Positions 53,504-64,000 of a DNA stretch of 64,000 bases are shown piece after piece (position 1 is the first letter of the stretch; the number at the start of each line of letters is the position of its first letter). Below the pieces are notes generated by a model. It had not been told where the DNA came from, did not search any database, and saw only the letters and a program-made list of their open reading frames with translations. Origin of the DNA: Octopus vulgaris (lineage: Eukaryota); NCBI GenBank assembly GCA_951406725.2, contig OX597822.1, positions 87,482,001 to 87,546,000 on the forward strand. The letters are read 5' to 3'. The position numbers were made by a program, and so were the translations under genes.

Positions 53504-55409
53504 CTAAAGAAAAAAAGAAAAATTATTGAATTTATATTTCAGAACATTTTAGATGTATTAGCAACCTGTAATTGTTAAACCTCAAGTCAACCATTTTTGA
53601 ACAGAACTATGATAAAAAACCAGGGCAATTTCATCTTTTTACATATCATGGCTACATTATTCACTGTAGCCTTCCTTTTCTTTCTTTTTGAAGATAGTAG
53701 GATGTGAGCTAAGACTTTGTTGCTATTTTTAGCACTTAGAAGGCTCCCCTCATCAGCTCATATGTTTGTATGCTATTGTTCCTTGTTTAGCTCCAGATCA
53801 GCTCTAATTCACCAAACCTATCTTCAAAGGTATTTCAGCTGTGACCAGGTCTTTGCTCAGGAATACTGTATCTGGAACAACATTATCCAATGGCCTCCGT
53901 TTTAAGATGGAATTAGACCTTACTCACTGGGTTATTTATATTTGCATTGTAATTGTAAGCAAACAGTTCTTATATCTGCATATTATTAAAGATCAGGACT
54001 ACATTTTCAAAAGTATATGATAAGTTTAAACTAACAACATATAGAGAAGTCTTGAAAAGTTTCAGGAAAGGCATTTAGGCAATTAAAACTGCAAGTATAT
54101 GTACTTATACTACACTCATATTCACACATTTAAACAGAAATTGTAGTACAGACAGCCACTTCTGCACATCATTAGTTCATAAACACATAAAATTATTAGT
54201 ATGCATTGTTTTAGTTTCAACCAAATTTTCTAAGTTCATGGCTTATAGGTGAATTCTTTTTATTGAGATGAAACAGTGAAGTTTGAAAACCATTAGAAAT
54301 ATTAAAATCTTAAAATACAACAATACAAGAATTTGGTAAATGTTCAAACAAGGAGCATCTTATAAGCTGTTAAATTGTAAAGGATACTAATAAAGGTTTT
54401 CCTATCTTCATATAATAATTTAAATAGGGAATGGGCTGTACCTGAAATTAAAATGATCAACTATGTCCCTTCAAGTCTGCCTGAAAATTATATTAAGTGT
54501 ATAAACGTCTGGTATCACTATGCATTTAAACTGTAATACATGAGGAGGTAAGCTGAAAGGATCAACCTTGATACACACGGTGTCATAGAGAAAACTACAT
54601 TAAGAGGACTAGTGTCTGTGAGGATTGCTGAGATGAGATGTGAGTTGGACCCATTGATCAAACAACTGGATCTGTCATATGTTGAGACTTATGTTAAATC
54701 AATACTGGAGCATTTACTAGAGTAGCACTGGTAGTCTACTCCTGATTCATAGGATCAGTAGAGCAAGATAAGAAAATGCTGCAGTTATTTGTAGTATATA
54801 TAATCTCTTTAAAGTTAGCAGAGCTTGGGTTATTAAAGGTTATCAAGTGCACAAAACTGTGACAAAATACAAATTGAAACATCAAATTAATATAACAATT
54901 TGACTACTTTAACTCCCCAAAATACAATCCTTGGGAAAAAGAATAAAAAAAAAATAAAAGAATTGCAAGAGAGCTACTTGAGAAGTGGAGAGTTCCACAT
55001 TTTGTTTTTATCAAAGTATCTTTTTGAAGTGCCTAACTATTTTTTTCTAACCAATCTGATGATGTAGGCACTTTTGGTAATTACAGAGAAAAGAGATATC
55101 TATTTATCTCTATTCTCTGAGAGAGAGAGAGAGAGAGAGAGGAAGGAGGAAGAATGTAAATTGATGTAAAATAACTTTCTTTTATTAAGAAGAATATACG
55201 TACCACTGTGGTACAACAGCTAAAACTAAACAGAAGTCAATCTGCCTCATAACTGTAAGTTTATCTTGTTATTTACCTAAGCTAAAAACATTTGGGATGA
55301 GATATTAAATTTCTTTAAAGTTTTATCTTCAAGATAGTTTAGTCAGTATATTAAAAGATTAACAATATAATTTTTTAGCAAAGTGAGAGAAAATTAAAAT
55401 ACTACTAAC

Positions 55410-55627
55410 GTTAATTCACGGTATTCATTAAAGTAGGTCTGAAGTTTTTGAGCTTGCAACAATTTTTCTTTCTTTATTGAAGATTTTTCAACAAGTTTAT
55501 TCCAGGCCTGCACCATGCTTTCATGTTTATTCACCACATGGGTTTTGGCATCAGGGAATTCTTCAACTAAACGTCTTGCACTTTTAGTCATGTTTTCAAC
55601 CTGTTCACTAATGGCAGCAAGATCTCT
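55410..55627 (-). CDS. SPTBN5: Beta-heavy spectrin exon
   Basis: 218 nt, phase 0/2, gttagt donor; RDLAAISEQVENMTKSARRLVEEFPDAKTHVVNKHESMVQAWNKLVEKSSIKKEKLLQAQKLQTYFNEYREL. Confidence 0.93.
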
Positions 55628-56504
55628 CTGAAAAACAACAATGAGGAATGAGTTTTAGAGCGGAACATTGCAGATTCAGTTGCTGAGTAGCACCTGTGGT
55701 TAGTGAACAATTATATGATTGATTGATTGATGGATGGATGGATTGAATGATGGATGGAAGGAAGGAAGGAAGGGTTGTGTTGTGTTGTGTTTTCCCAATA
55801 ATCCATCCATCGTCATCATTGGACAAGTCACTGGAACGAGTAGAAGAGGTCGATTACTAAATTTCGTAAGTGGAATTTTTCTATTCTTATGATGGAAACA
55901 TATAACTTGATTTCGGTGTTATTTATTCCTCCCTTATTTTAGTCAGTGGACTGCAGCCGTCTTGAAAGCTTTCTCTCAATTGAATCAAGCCCAGTGCCGG
56001 TGCTTATCCTCTTTTGCTGAACTGCTAAGTCATGGAGGGGACAAGCACAAAAACACACACATATATACACATACATTCACACACACGCACACAAGTTCTC
56101 TCTACTAAATTCACTCACAAGGCATTGGTCAGCCTGGTGCTGCATGGCACTTTGGACAAATGCCCAAGGTGCCGTGCAGTGGGACTGAACCAGAAGTCAT
56201 GTGGCTGTGAGTCATGCTTACACAGTGGGTGGGGACAAGAAGAAGTATTAAAATTATGTTGTAAGAATGTCAACAGAGGAATAGAGTCTGCTTCTATAAC
56301 TTTAGGATTTGCATAAAGTGATTAAACACGAGTCCTGCAAGTGCTATTATGATACAAAAGCAGAAGGAAGGATACCAGGGAATACAACCAAAAATAGAAT
56401 CACTAAGTTTTGAACTCCTGACCATGTAATCAAGAGTTCCATACTGTTAATACACAAGTGTTGTCTTTCAAATTTACTGTCTTCATATATACTAAATAAA
56501 ATGA

Positions 56505-56790
56505 CTTTAGGAAACATTTTTTTCACGCTGAGAGTTGCTGAAGCATGGAACAAACTGCCAGCATCAGTTGTTAGTTGTCTGAGTACTGCATCCTTCAAAA
56601 CTTTCATGCTTTCTGAGATTCGCCAACACTACACCTGATTTTCTCCCCTCCATACACACACAAGCATGTATCTGACTCATACACTGTTCGCTTTCCAGGC
56701 ATTTTGTACATTACTGCATATACTTTATACGCACTTTCTGACAAGTTGTGGTGCACCTGAGCACTGTATACAATAATTTCATTATTATTA
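56505..56790 (+). mobile_element. CR1-like LINE 3' end
   Basis: FFTLRVAEAWNKLPASVVSCLSTASFK, then 3' UTR and (ATT)n tail. Confidence 0.8.
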
Positions 56791-56871
56791 AAATCATGCA
56801 TATACTTTATGAAGGTAAATGTATGTTTATAGGTGAGTGTATTTGTGTATGAATGAATGAGTTCCTCTTAC

Positions 56872-57027
56872 TTCCAGTCCATTATGTCTGGTATATAATG
56901 ACTGAACACTTTCCAAGTCATGGCCATAATCCTCATTTGACACAATAGCATCTTTCTCTTTAATCCACTCCAAAGTATCATCTGTATCACGTCCATAACA
57001 GTGAATCTGGTAAGCATTAATCAAAGC
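56872..57027 (-). CDS. SPTBN5: Beta-heavy spectrin exon
   Basis: 156 nt; ALINAYQIHCYGRDTDDTLEWIKEKDAIVSNEDYGHDLESVQSLYTRHNGLE. Confidence 0.95.
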
Positions 57028-57789
57028 CTGGAAACAAATATAACCATTTATAAGAATCAGAAATTTTTCATAGTAAGAAAATCAAAGAGATTCTAAACAG
57101 GATTTTTCATTTCAATCTTAAAAGCTAAAAATTTCTAAGCTTTTTTTTATATTCAGTAATAATATTATGATAAATGTAAAAAGGCATTGAAACTATTTTA
57201 TTTCTTACTTTGTAAGGAAGGCAGAAGAATGGTCATATTATCAGCTAAGAAAATAATATTGTGATTGACAACACCTATGATTGAAAGTGTTCAAACTGTA
57301 ACTATCCATTTTTTTTCTGGAATACTGTACATTGGACTACATTATTCAAAGTCACCTTCTACTGTCATTTTTCAAAACAGTAGTTTGAAGGAAATTTGGC
57401 TATTATTTTGAGCAGGTCAAACAATCATGTTGAGGTGTCTTTGTTGGCTTGTTAATATTCCAGCAGTGTGCTGTGGATAAAATCTATTCCTGATTAACTT
57501 AACTGAGGTACATAATATGCATAAGATATCCCCCAAAATAATAAAAACAACAAACTTCACAGATTAGTAAACCCAACTTCAATTTTTAAAAACTGACATC
57601 CAATTCAAGTTGTATTATTTGCTAAAATGTTACATAATAAAATACAATAATAAAGATATTCAAAGTTATTTCTCTTCAACTAGATATAACTATAGACAAG
57701 GATTTAAACTGAATCAAGAACTTGGCTCACTTATCTTCCATCCTATAGGATATGCTATATTGAATCCAAAAATGAAATAGAATTTTTAC

Positions 57790-57981
57790 CTCTTTACGTG
57801 CTCTGGAAGCGTCATTTAGGTCTTCCCACAACAAGCTGATTTGTTTTGCATGTTCCACAATTTCATCTGATTTATAATGGTTGGCTTCGACCATCTTCTT
57901 TGCACTAACATTGATAGCAGTAATGCGGTCTTCACTTGTTTCAAGTTCTTTCATAAATTCATCAAATTTGTGTTGGAGTAA
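57790..57981 (-). CDS. SPTBN5: Beta-heavy spectrin exon
   Basis: 192 nt; LLQHKFDEFMKELETSEDRITAINVSAKKMVEANHYKSDEIVEHAKQISLLWEDLNDASRARKE. Confidence 0.95.
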
Positions 57982-58644
57982 CTGGAATTGTATTTGTGAA
58001 AGAGTTGAAAATAGTTAAGTCTCCCAGTTTTTAATTATCTATGATCTTACTACTACTCTTTTCAATAAACAGAAATTAATATTACTTTCACACACAGAGA
58101 CAAACAGGAAATAAATTGTGGGAAAAATCCTCAACACTTATGTAAATAAGTCAAACTCACCATTGATACCTTGGGGCTTTTTGTTAATATAAAGGGCTTA
58201 TTGACATTCTTTCTGTTGGTTAGGGGGTCTGGCTGTAAGCAACTGAAAGAATGTCAGTAGACCAACTCCACTGAGTTTGACTAATTTACATTAGATATAT
58301 ATTCACAATTGCAATGGTGTGAATCACAAGTCAAGAGACAAACTCTCAGTTTCAATAACAGAATATCTATCTGTTTGTCTGTGTGTGTGTGTAGTGTGGC
58401 CCCGTGTGGTGACACATAAAAGCACCATCTGTTCGAGGCCGTTTGCCAGCTCTGTCTGTGTGTGTGCAGGTGGCACGTAAAAAGCACCCACTACACTCAC
58501 GGAGTGGTTGGCGTTAGGAAGGGCATCCAGCCGTAGAAACACTGCCAGATCTGACTGGGCCTGACGAAGCCTTCCAGCTTCACAGACCCCAGTTGAACCG
58601 TTCGACCCATGCTAGCATGGAAAGCGGACGCTAAATGATGATGA

Positions 58645-58689
<45 letters not shown>

Positions 58690-59141
58690 CACACAGTAGA
58701 ACCTTCCAGTACAAGTGTTCCATTGTACGAGTAATTTGTTGTATGAGCCGAGACTCATGCAAATTTTTGTCTTGAAATACAAGCAGAAACCCGCAGTACG
58801 AGCACACAAATCATCCCATCCGTAAGATAATTCTGTTAATAAAACCAGTTGACATATTTCTTTTGCATTCTCTTTTTTCATAATTGCCATTTTACTTGTA
58901 ACTACACCTTTTCTGTTTTAAAACCAATGAAAATTATGTTTGAGTGGTTGCTGGGGGGTTAGAGTTAAGGGCCACACCAACAGAAATACACAATTTATCT
59001 GTTTCAACATCAGATAGCAAGCAACCAATTAGGCAATCCTTACAATGAAGTTATTAAATATACAAACACTAACAGAATTTTTTTTATTTTGATATATAAA
59101 TTTAGGTGTAGAAAAAAAAAAAAAAAGAGAAGCATTCTTAC

Positions 59142-59324
59142 TTCAACATGTTCCAAATCTTGACCACAATCTTCACTGGTGGCAATGGCAGCCTTTTCAC
59201 GGATTCGGTTGGAAGCTTCTTCAACATCTTTAAGAAATTCAAAAAATTGCTTGCCTTCTGTTAGTTTGATACGTCTTTGAGTCAACAAATCCTGCAGGTT
59301 GCTATACATAGTTTCTATTTTTTC
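59142..59324 (-). CDS. SPTBN5: Beta-heavy spectrin exon
   Basis: 183 nt; EKIETMYSNLQDLLTQRRIKLTEGKQFFEFLKDVEEASNRIREKAAIATSEDCGQDLEHVE; lies within ORF 59040..59384. Confidence 0.95.
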
Positions 59325-59776
59325 CTTGAAAGATAAAAAACATTTTTCTTCAATAGAATAGATATTTCTAAAATATTTTAACAAAGCATAATTTGTCCAA
59401 TTCTAAGACAAGGTTTCATTCCTTAAACATTTAAGACATTTTACTCTTGAAATATTTTGAGATGGGATTGGAATTCAGAGTTGATGTTAGGGTTATAAAA
59501 ATGACATCTTAGCTACATTGATGATGCAGTATTAAATGTATGATGTATCACATTAAATATATGAAACGTGAAATAACAATATAGGACAGTCACTGTTGGA
59601 ATACTTTTGCTCAATCAGAACTGACTTGGGCTTTACACAGCAGTAACCCTTAATATTTACAATGGCATCACATAACTTGCACATTCATTGAATATCAGAT
59701 CTTTCTTTTTTGTATTATTTTAGCTTGCTTAATTGAGAAAATCATTGATAATGTGAAGAATACAACACTCTCTTAC

Positions 59777-59911
59777 CTGGTACCTCTGAATGTTTTCTGC
59801 ATCATAATGTCCTCTGTCTACAAGACTGTGTCGAACAGCAGCTAATTCACCAATGTTATTACTGAAATTTTCAATATCTCTCTCAAGAGCATCTAATTTC
59901 TTCATGAGGAT
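59777..59911 (-). CDS. SPTBN5: Beta-heavy spectrin exon
   Basis: 135 nt, gtaag donor; ILMKKLDALERDIENFSNNIGELAAVRHSLVDRGHYDAENIQRYQ. Confidence 0.95.
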
Positions 59912-60182
59912 CTAAAATATAATATTTAAAAATTACAATTAAAATCACTTGGTGACTTCCATGCTGACATGGTTTGGGTAAGACATCACAGTCTAAGTCA
60001 GTTCTTATCTGGAGTTATTACTTCTTTCTGGATAGGTTGGAGACCTATCTAAACACACACATTCAATAACATACAAACACTTTCATAAGCTACTATAATT
60101 TCAGATAAATTAGTTCAGCTTTTCCAGTGATTAATTAAAAGCAACATTTGTGATAAATTAAATGACACGTAAGCATAGATAC

Positions 60183-60278
60183 CTGTACAGAATCTTCATC
60201 AACACCAAGATCAGAAGTTGTCAAAAGTGGTAATTTCTCTTTCATCCAAGCTTCAGCTTCATCCACTTCAGCATAAAA
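60183..60278 (-). CDS. SPTBN5: Beta-heavy spectrin exon
   Basis: 96 nt, phase 0/0; FYAEVDEAEAWMKEKLPLLTTSDLGVDEDSVQ, helix A with conserved Trp. Confidence 0.95.
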
Positions 60279-61573
60279 CTGTATTTCAGAATAGAAGAGA
60301 ATGAGAAATTCAGTTTAAAATATCTTTACAAAAATTACTGTCCTTTGTAGTTAAATTTGCTGCACAATCAGGTGGTCTCAGATTCAGTCTTATGGCTCAG
60401 CATCTCATATAGTTCTACTAAAGTCTTGGGCTGACCAATACGTTGTAGAGAAAAACTGATAAATCTTTTCTTTTACTTGTTTCAGTCGTTAGGTTGTGGC
60501 CATGCTGGGGCATCACCTTGAAGAATTTTAGTCAAATGAATTCACCCCAATACTTACATCTTTTAAGCCTGGTGCTTATTCTATCAGTTTCTTTTGCTGA
60601 ACTGCTAAGTTACACCAATACCAGCTGTCAAGTGGTGATGGGGGACAAACAAACTCGAAGACACACACACATATATATACAATGGGCTTCTTTCAGTTTC
60701 CCTCTACCAAATCCACTCACAAGGCTTTGGTCAGCCTGAAACTGTAGTAGAAGACACTTGCCGAAGGTGTCACGCAGTGGGACTGAACCCAAAGCCATAT
60801 GGACCAGAAGCAAAACTTCTTACCACAGCTTGTGGAAGCCAGTTGTGTGTGTATAATATATATTATACATATATTATATATATGATGATGACATAGTCTA
60901 GTTTCCAAACGTTTCCAAAATTTTTGGTTGATGGGGATATATAATGCAAGTGGGCACCAATATGCACTTCTACTAATGAAAACAGAAGGACATAAATGAC
61001 TGCAGAATAATAAATTGGATGTTCTCTATTATCCGTTTCCCTTAAACTGATTCATTATATACTCTTTTACTTGTTTCAGTCATTCGAAGCGGCCATGCTG
61101 GAGCACTGCCTTTAGTCAAGCAAATCGACCCCAAGACTTATTCTTTAGAAGCCTAGTACTTATATATGTGTGTATATATACACATATATACATATATATA
61201 TATATACTATATTTAGGGAGTTTGAGGGGCTGAGAGAAAGACGGTGCGATGGAGAAAAGTAATGAAAAAGAGGAAGAAAGAGAGTGTGTGTTTAAGTATT
61301 TATAGAAAGGAAATATAGAGAGAGAAAAAGAGAAAACAGTAGAAGAGAGATTAAGAGTCTGAGAGAAGAATTATAGGATGATGGAGTGAAGTAAAGAGAT
61401 AGAGAGTGTGTCTACATATTTAGAGAGAGGCAATAGTGAAAGGGGAAATGACGGTATGATGAAGAGAGAGAGAGAGAGAGAGAGATGTTATGCAAACACT
61501 TGAAAAGGATTCTACTTGGATAGGGAAAAATAAAGGAATAAGTATATATATATATACCTATCTGTAACCATGG

Positions 61574-61803
61574 AAATTCTCTTAAATCAGGAGTAATGAA
61601 AGTTAAACCTCTCTACAATAATCAATAATCTCGTAAGCAAAACAGAGAAAAAAGACCTTATGTAAATTTAACCTTCTACTTTCCCCTAAATTCTCTTAAA
61701 TCAGGAGTAATGAAAGTTAAACCTCTCTACAATAATCAATAATCTCGTAAGCAAAACAGAGAAAAAAGACCTTATGTAAATTTAACCTTCTACTTTCCCC
61801 TAA
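61574..61803. repeat. Tandem duplication, 2 x 114 bp
   Basis: aaattctcttaaatcagg...tactttcccct starts at 61574 and again at 61688. Confidence 0.95.
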
Positions 61804-62539
61804 TATTTGGCTTCAATAAATGACAGAAAATATACAGATACAATTGCAGCATGGAAGGTGTTTGTAAGCCATTTAAGAAACACACAAAAGCCGTTCGATT
61901 CACTTCAACATTTAAGTTTAATTTGTCAAAATATTTTTGTCGCTTTAAGACCGCGACCTGTTCACTAACAAAAATTCGTGCTGCATCTGAGAAAGTAACA
62001 GATACTTATCTAGTTTTTCCAAAGAGATGGATATTTCCAAGGCAGTGGACGATTTTGAACTTCTTTTCAAGTTAAAGTGATACCATGTGCTGTTTACGTT
62101 TTGTATATTCGTAAAGGCTTTTACTTTTTCTGTTTTTCCCTTCTATATATTTCAGATGGTTTTTCTTTAAATGTATCTTGTTACGTTTTCACTCAAAAGT
62201 TATTCAGATAATGATTTTATTTTATTTTATTCTTTTGTTCCGATCGAAAATCGCAATTAATTTTGAAATTTCGTAAAATCCACGTGTTGTTATGTGCAAT
62301 GCTTATAATTCCTACATTTGCAAAAGGTTCTTCCTGCTTAATATATTTCACTTTATATTTCCTCAAGTCAATACTTTGTCATTCAGGAAGACATTCAAGG
62401 CTTTTTGGGGTTTTATTTATAATGGCCTTCGCAGCTTTTCAGAAATTTCTTGGCAATTTTCTAGGAGCTTAAAACAACACCTGTTGATCAGAGGCTGCCA
62501 TACATACGTACATACGTACACACACAACATACATGTATG

Positions 62540-62848
62540 TGGAGGTGCAATGGCCCAGTGGTTAGGACAGCGGACTTGTGGTCATAGGATCGCGGTTTCA
62601 ATTCCCAGACCAGGCGTTGTGAGTGTTTATTGAGCGAAAACACCCAAAGCTCCACGAGGCTCTGGCAGGGGGTGGTGGCGATCCCTGCTGTACTCTTTTG
62701 TCGCAACTTTCTCTCACTCTTTCTTCAGTTGGCCTGCTCACTTAGCCAGCAGGGTGGCGTCATTTGAAGGCTAAAACAATGCGAAGCGCATTGTGACCAG
62801 CGATGTGTAGCAACATCTGATAGCCTGGTCGGTCACGTGATCACATGA
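62540..62848 (+). mobile_element. tRNA-derived SINE; antisense 3' part also at about 52361-52480
   Basis: TGGCCCAGTGG / GGTTTCAATTCC boxes; tail ggtcacgtgatcacatga. Confidence 0.75.
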
Positions 62849-63452
62849 TATATATATATATATATATACACACTGTAAATCCTCGAGTATAATACGCAGG
62901 GGATTTTTAGGGGGAGGTGTGAAAATTTCTTTAAATAGTCTACAGATGACAAAAAAACATTATTGTACTCAACCCATCTAAGCACACTATTAGAACCTTC
63001 AAGGTTGCCACAAATGTTAGAAGAGCTCCACATCATTGGTAAAAATCTAAGAAACGCACATACTCAACATAGCAAAGGCTACAATTCAAAGACTGCCTTT
63101 TCTCTTCACAATGAAATGCTGTTCCCACACCTAGGAAGACATTACTGCTACACACACACACACACACACTCTGGAGTGCCTCAAGACAAGCAACATGGGT
63201 GATTGACATGAAAGTACTCACATCCCTCATACCCCAGTACACTGGCTCATATATATAACAGTAATAAACCATCAATGTTATAAAAAAAAACAAAAAAACT
63301 AATGAAATGAAAACAAGACTTGTGTATGACATGGAGGTTTTCATGTTACCAAACATACCCAATTTTAAACAAATACTAGGTTTCTTGGGAGCAAAATTTG
63401 AACCGTTGTGCAAAGGTTAATATCAAAAGTAACAAAAAAAAAAAAAACCTAC

Positions 63453-63653
63453 TTTCTGTGCTTCCAAAGAATTCTGAAGTTTTATTTTTCGTACAGAAGC
63501 GCATTCTTTAAGTCGCTGAAGTTTAATGTGAAGATTATCAATCCGTGCTTGAACATCAGCTGCTTCAAAATGGTTACTTTTCAACATATTGCGAGCAGTT
63601 GTTGCAACAGCTTCAATGGAAGGTTCATGGCCAATAATTTCAAACTCAACAGC
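63453..63653 (-). CDS. SPTBN5: Beta-heavy spectrin exon 1 of 19 in window (end of a spectrin repeat)
   Basis: tttgtag acceptor and gtagg donor; 201 nt, phase 0/0; AVEFEIIGHEPSIEAVATTARNMLKSNHFEAADVQARIDNLHIKLQRLKECASVRKIKLQNSLEAQK, spectrin helix B/C pattern. Confidence 0.93.
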
Positions 63654-64000
63654 CTACAAAATACACGGTTTATTAATGTTTTAACTTCAAAGAATTTTCG
63701 TTTCAGCATCCAATAAAGATATAACAAGATACACTTTGTCTTACTAAATACAATCTTAAAACAGAATCTAAATTTCCAGATAGAAGCTTAGTAAATGCTC
63801 ATGAATTACAAAATCCTATCTGTAGCAAGTTCTTCATTTCATCTCAGTGAGACACCCAGTTTTACCTGTCTCACTTTACCTAGCTAAAGAACAGGCAGTA
63901 AGCTTACCGAGCATAATTACCTCAGCTGCATTAGCCCAATAATTGTGTGAAGATTTCTCTCACAGCCACCTAACTTTATACAGAAAACAAAGTTCTGACT

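Noticed and set aside
63860-63970. Several GT donors that might mark another spectrin exon
   Set aside because: The phase-0 reading hits a stop and shows no spectrin pattern

Overview
Eukaryotic, AT-rich, repeat-dense DNA. The SINE families, microsatellite load and gene content are most consistent with an Octopus-type cephalopod genome (inferred from recognition, not from a search). The main content is the 3' part of a minus-strand beta-heavy spectrin gene (SPTBN5/karst/sma-1 family). I assembled 19 GT-AG exons from 63653 down to a TAA stop at 15936-15938. All splice phases are compatible, giving 3081 nt or 1026 aa: the end of one spectrin repeat, four full repeats, the final partial (tetramerisation) repeat, a charged linker, a PH domain and a low-complexity tail ending in a polybasic KKKKGFSSFFRKKK motif. 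The 5' part of the gene lies beyond the window. Introns and the downstream region carry decayed elements: two Ty3/Gypsy relics; CR1-like, RTE, R4/Dong and Penelope fragments; a Tc1/mariner fragment; Merlin-like and piggyBac MITEs; several SINE families; and long microsatellites, which explain most long ORFs in the track. The best leads are a 20-nt frame-switching micro-exon that controls the basic C-terminus, further candidate micro-exons, a 197-bp duplication bracketing one exon at a LINE junction, a SINE/LINE shared 3' stem-loop with compensatory changes, degenerate hammerhead motifs, long intronic hairpins, and a signal-peptide-like frame broken by one TAG.
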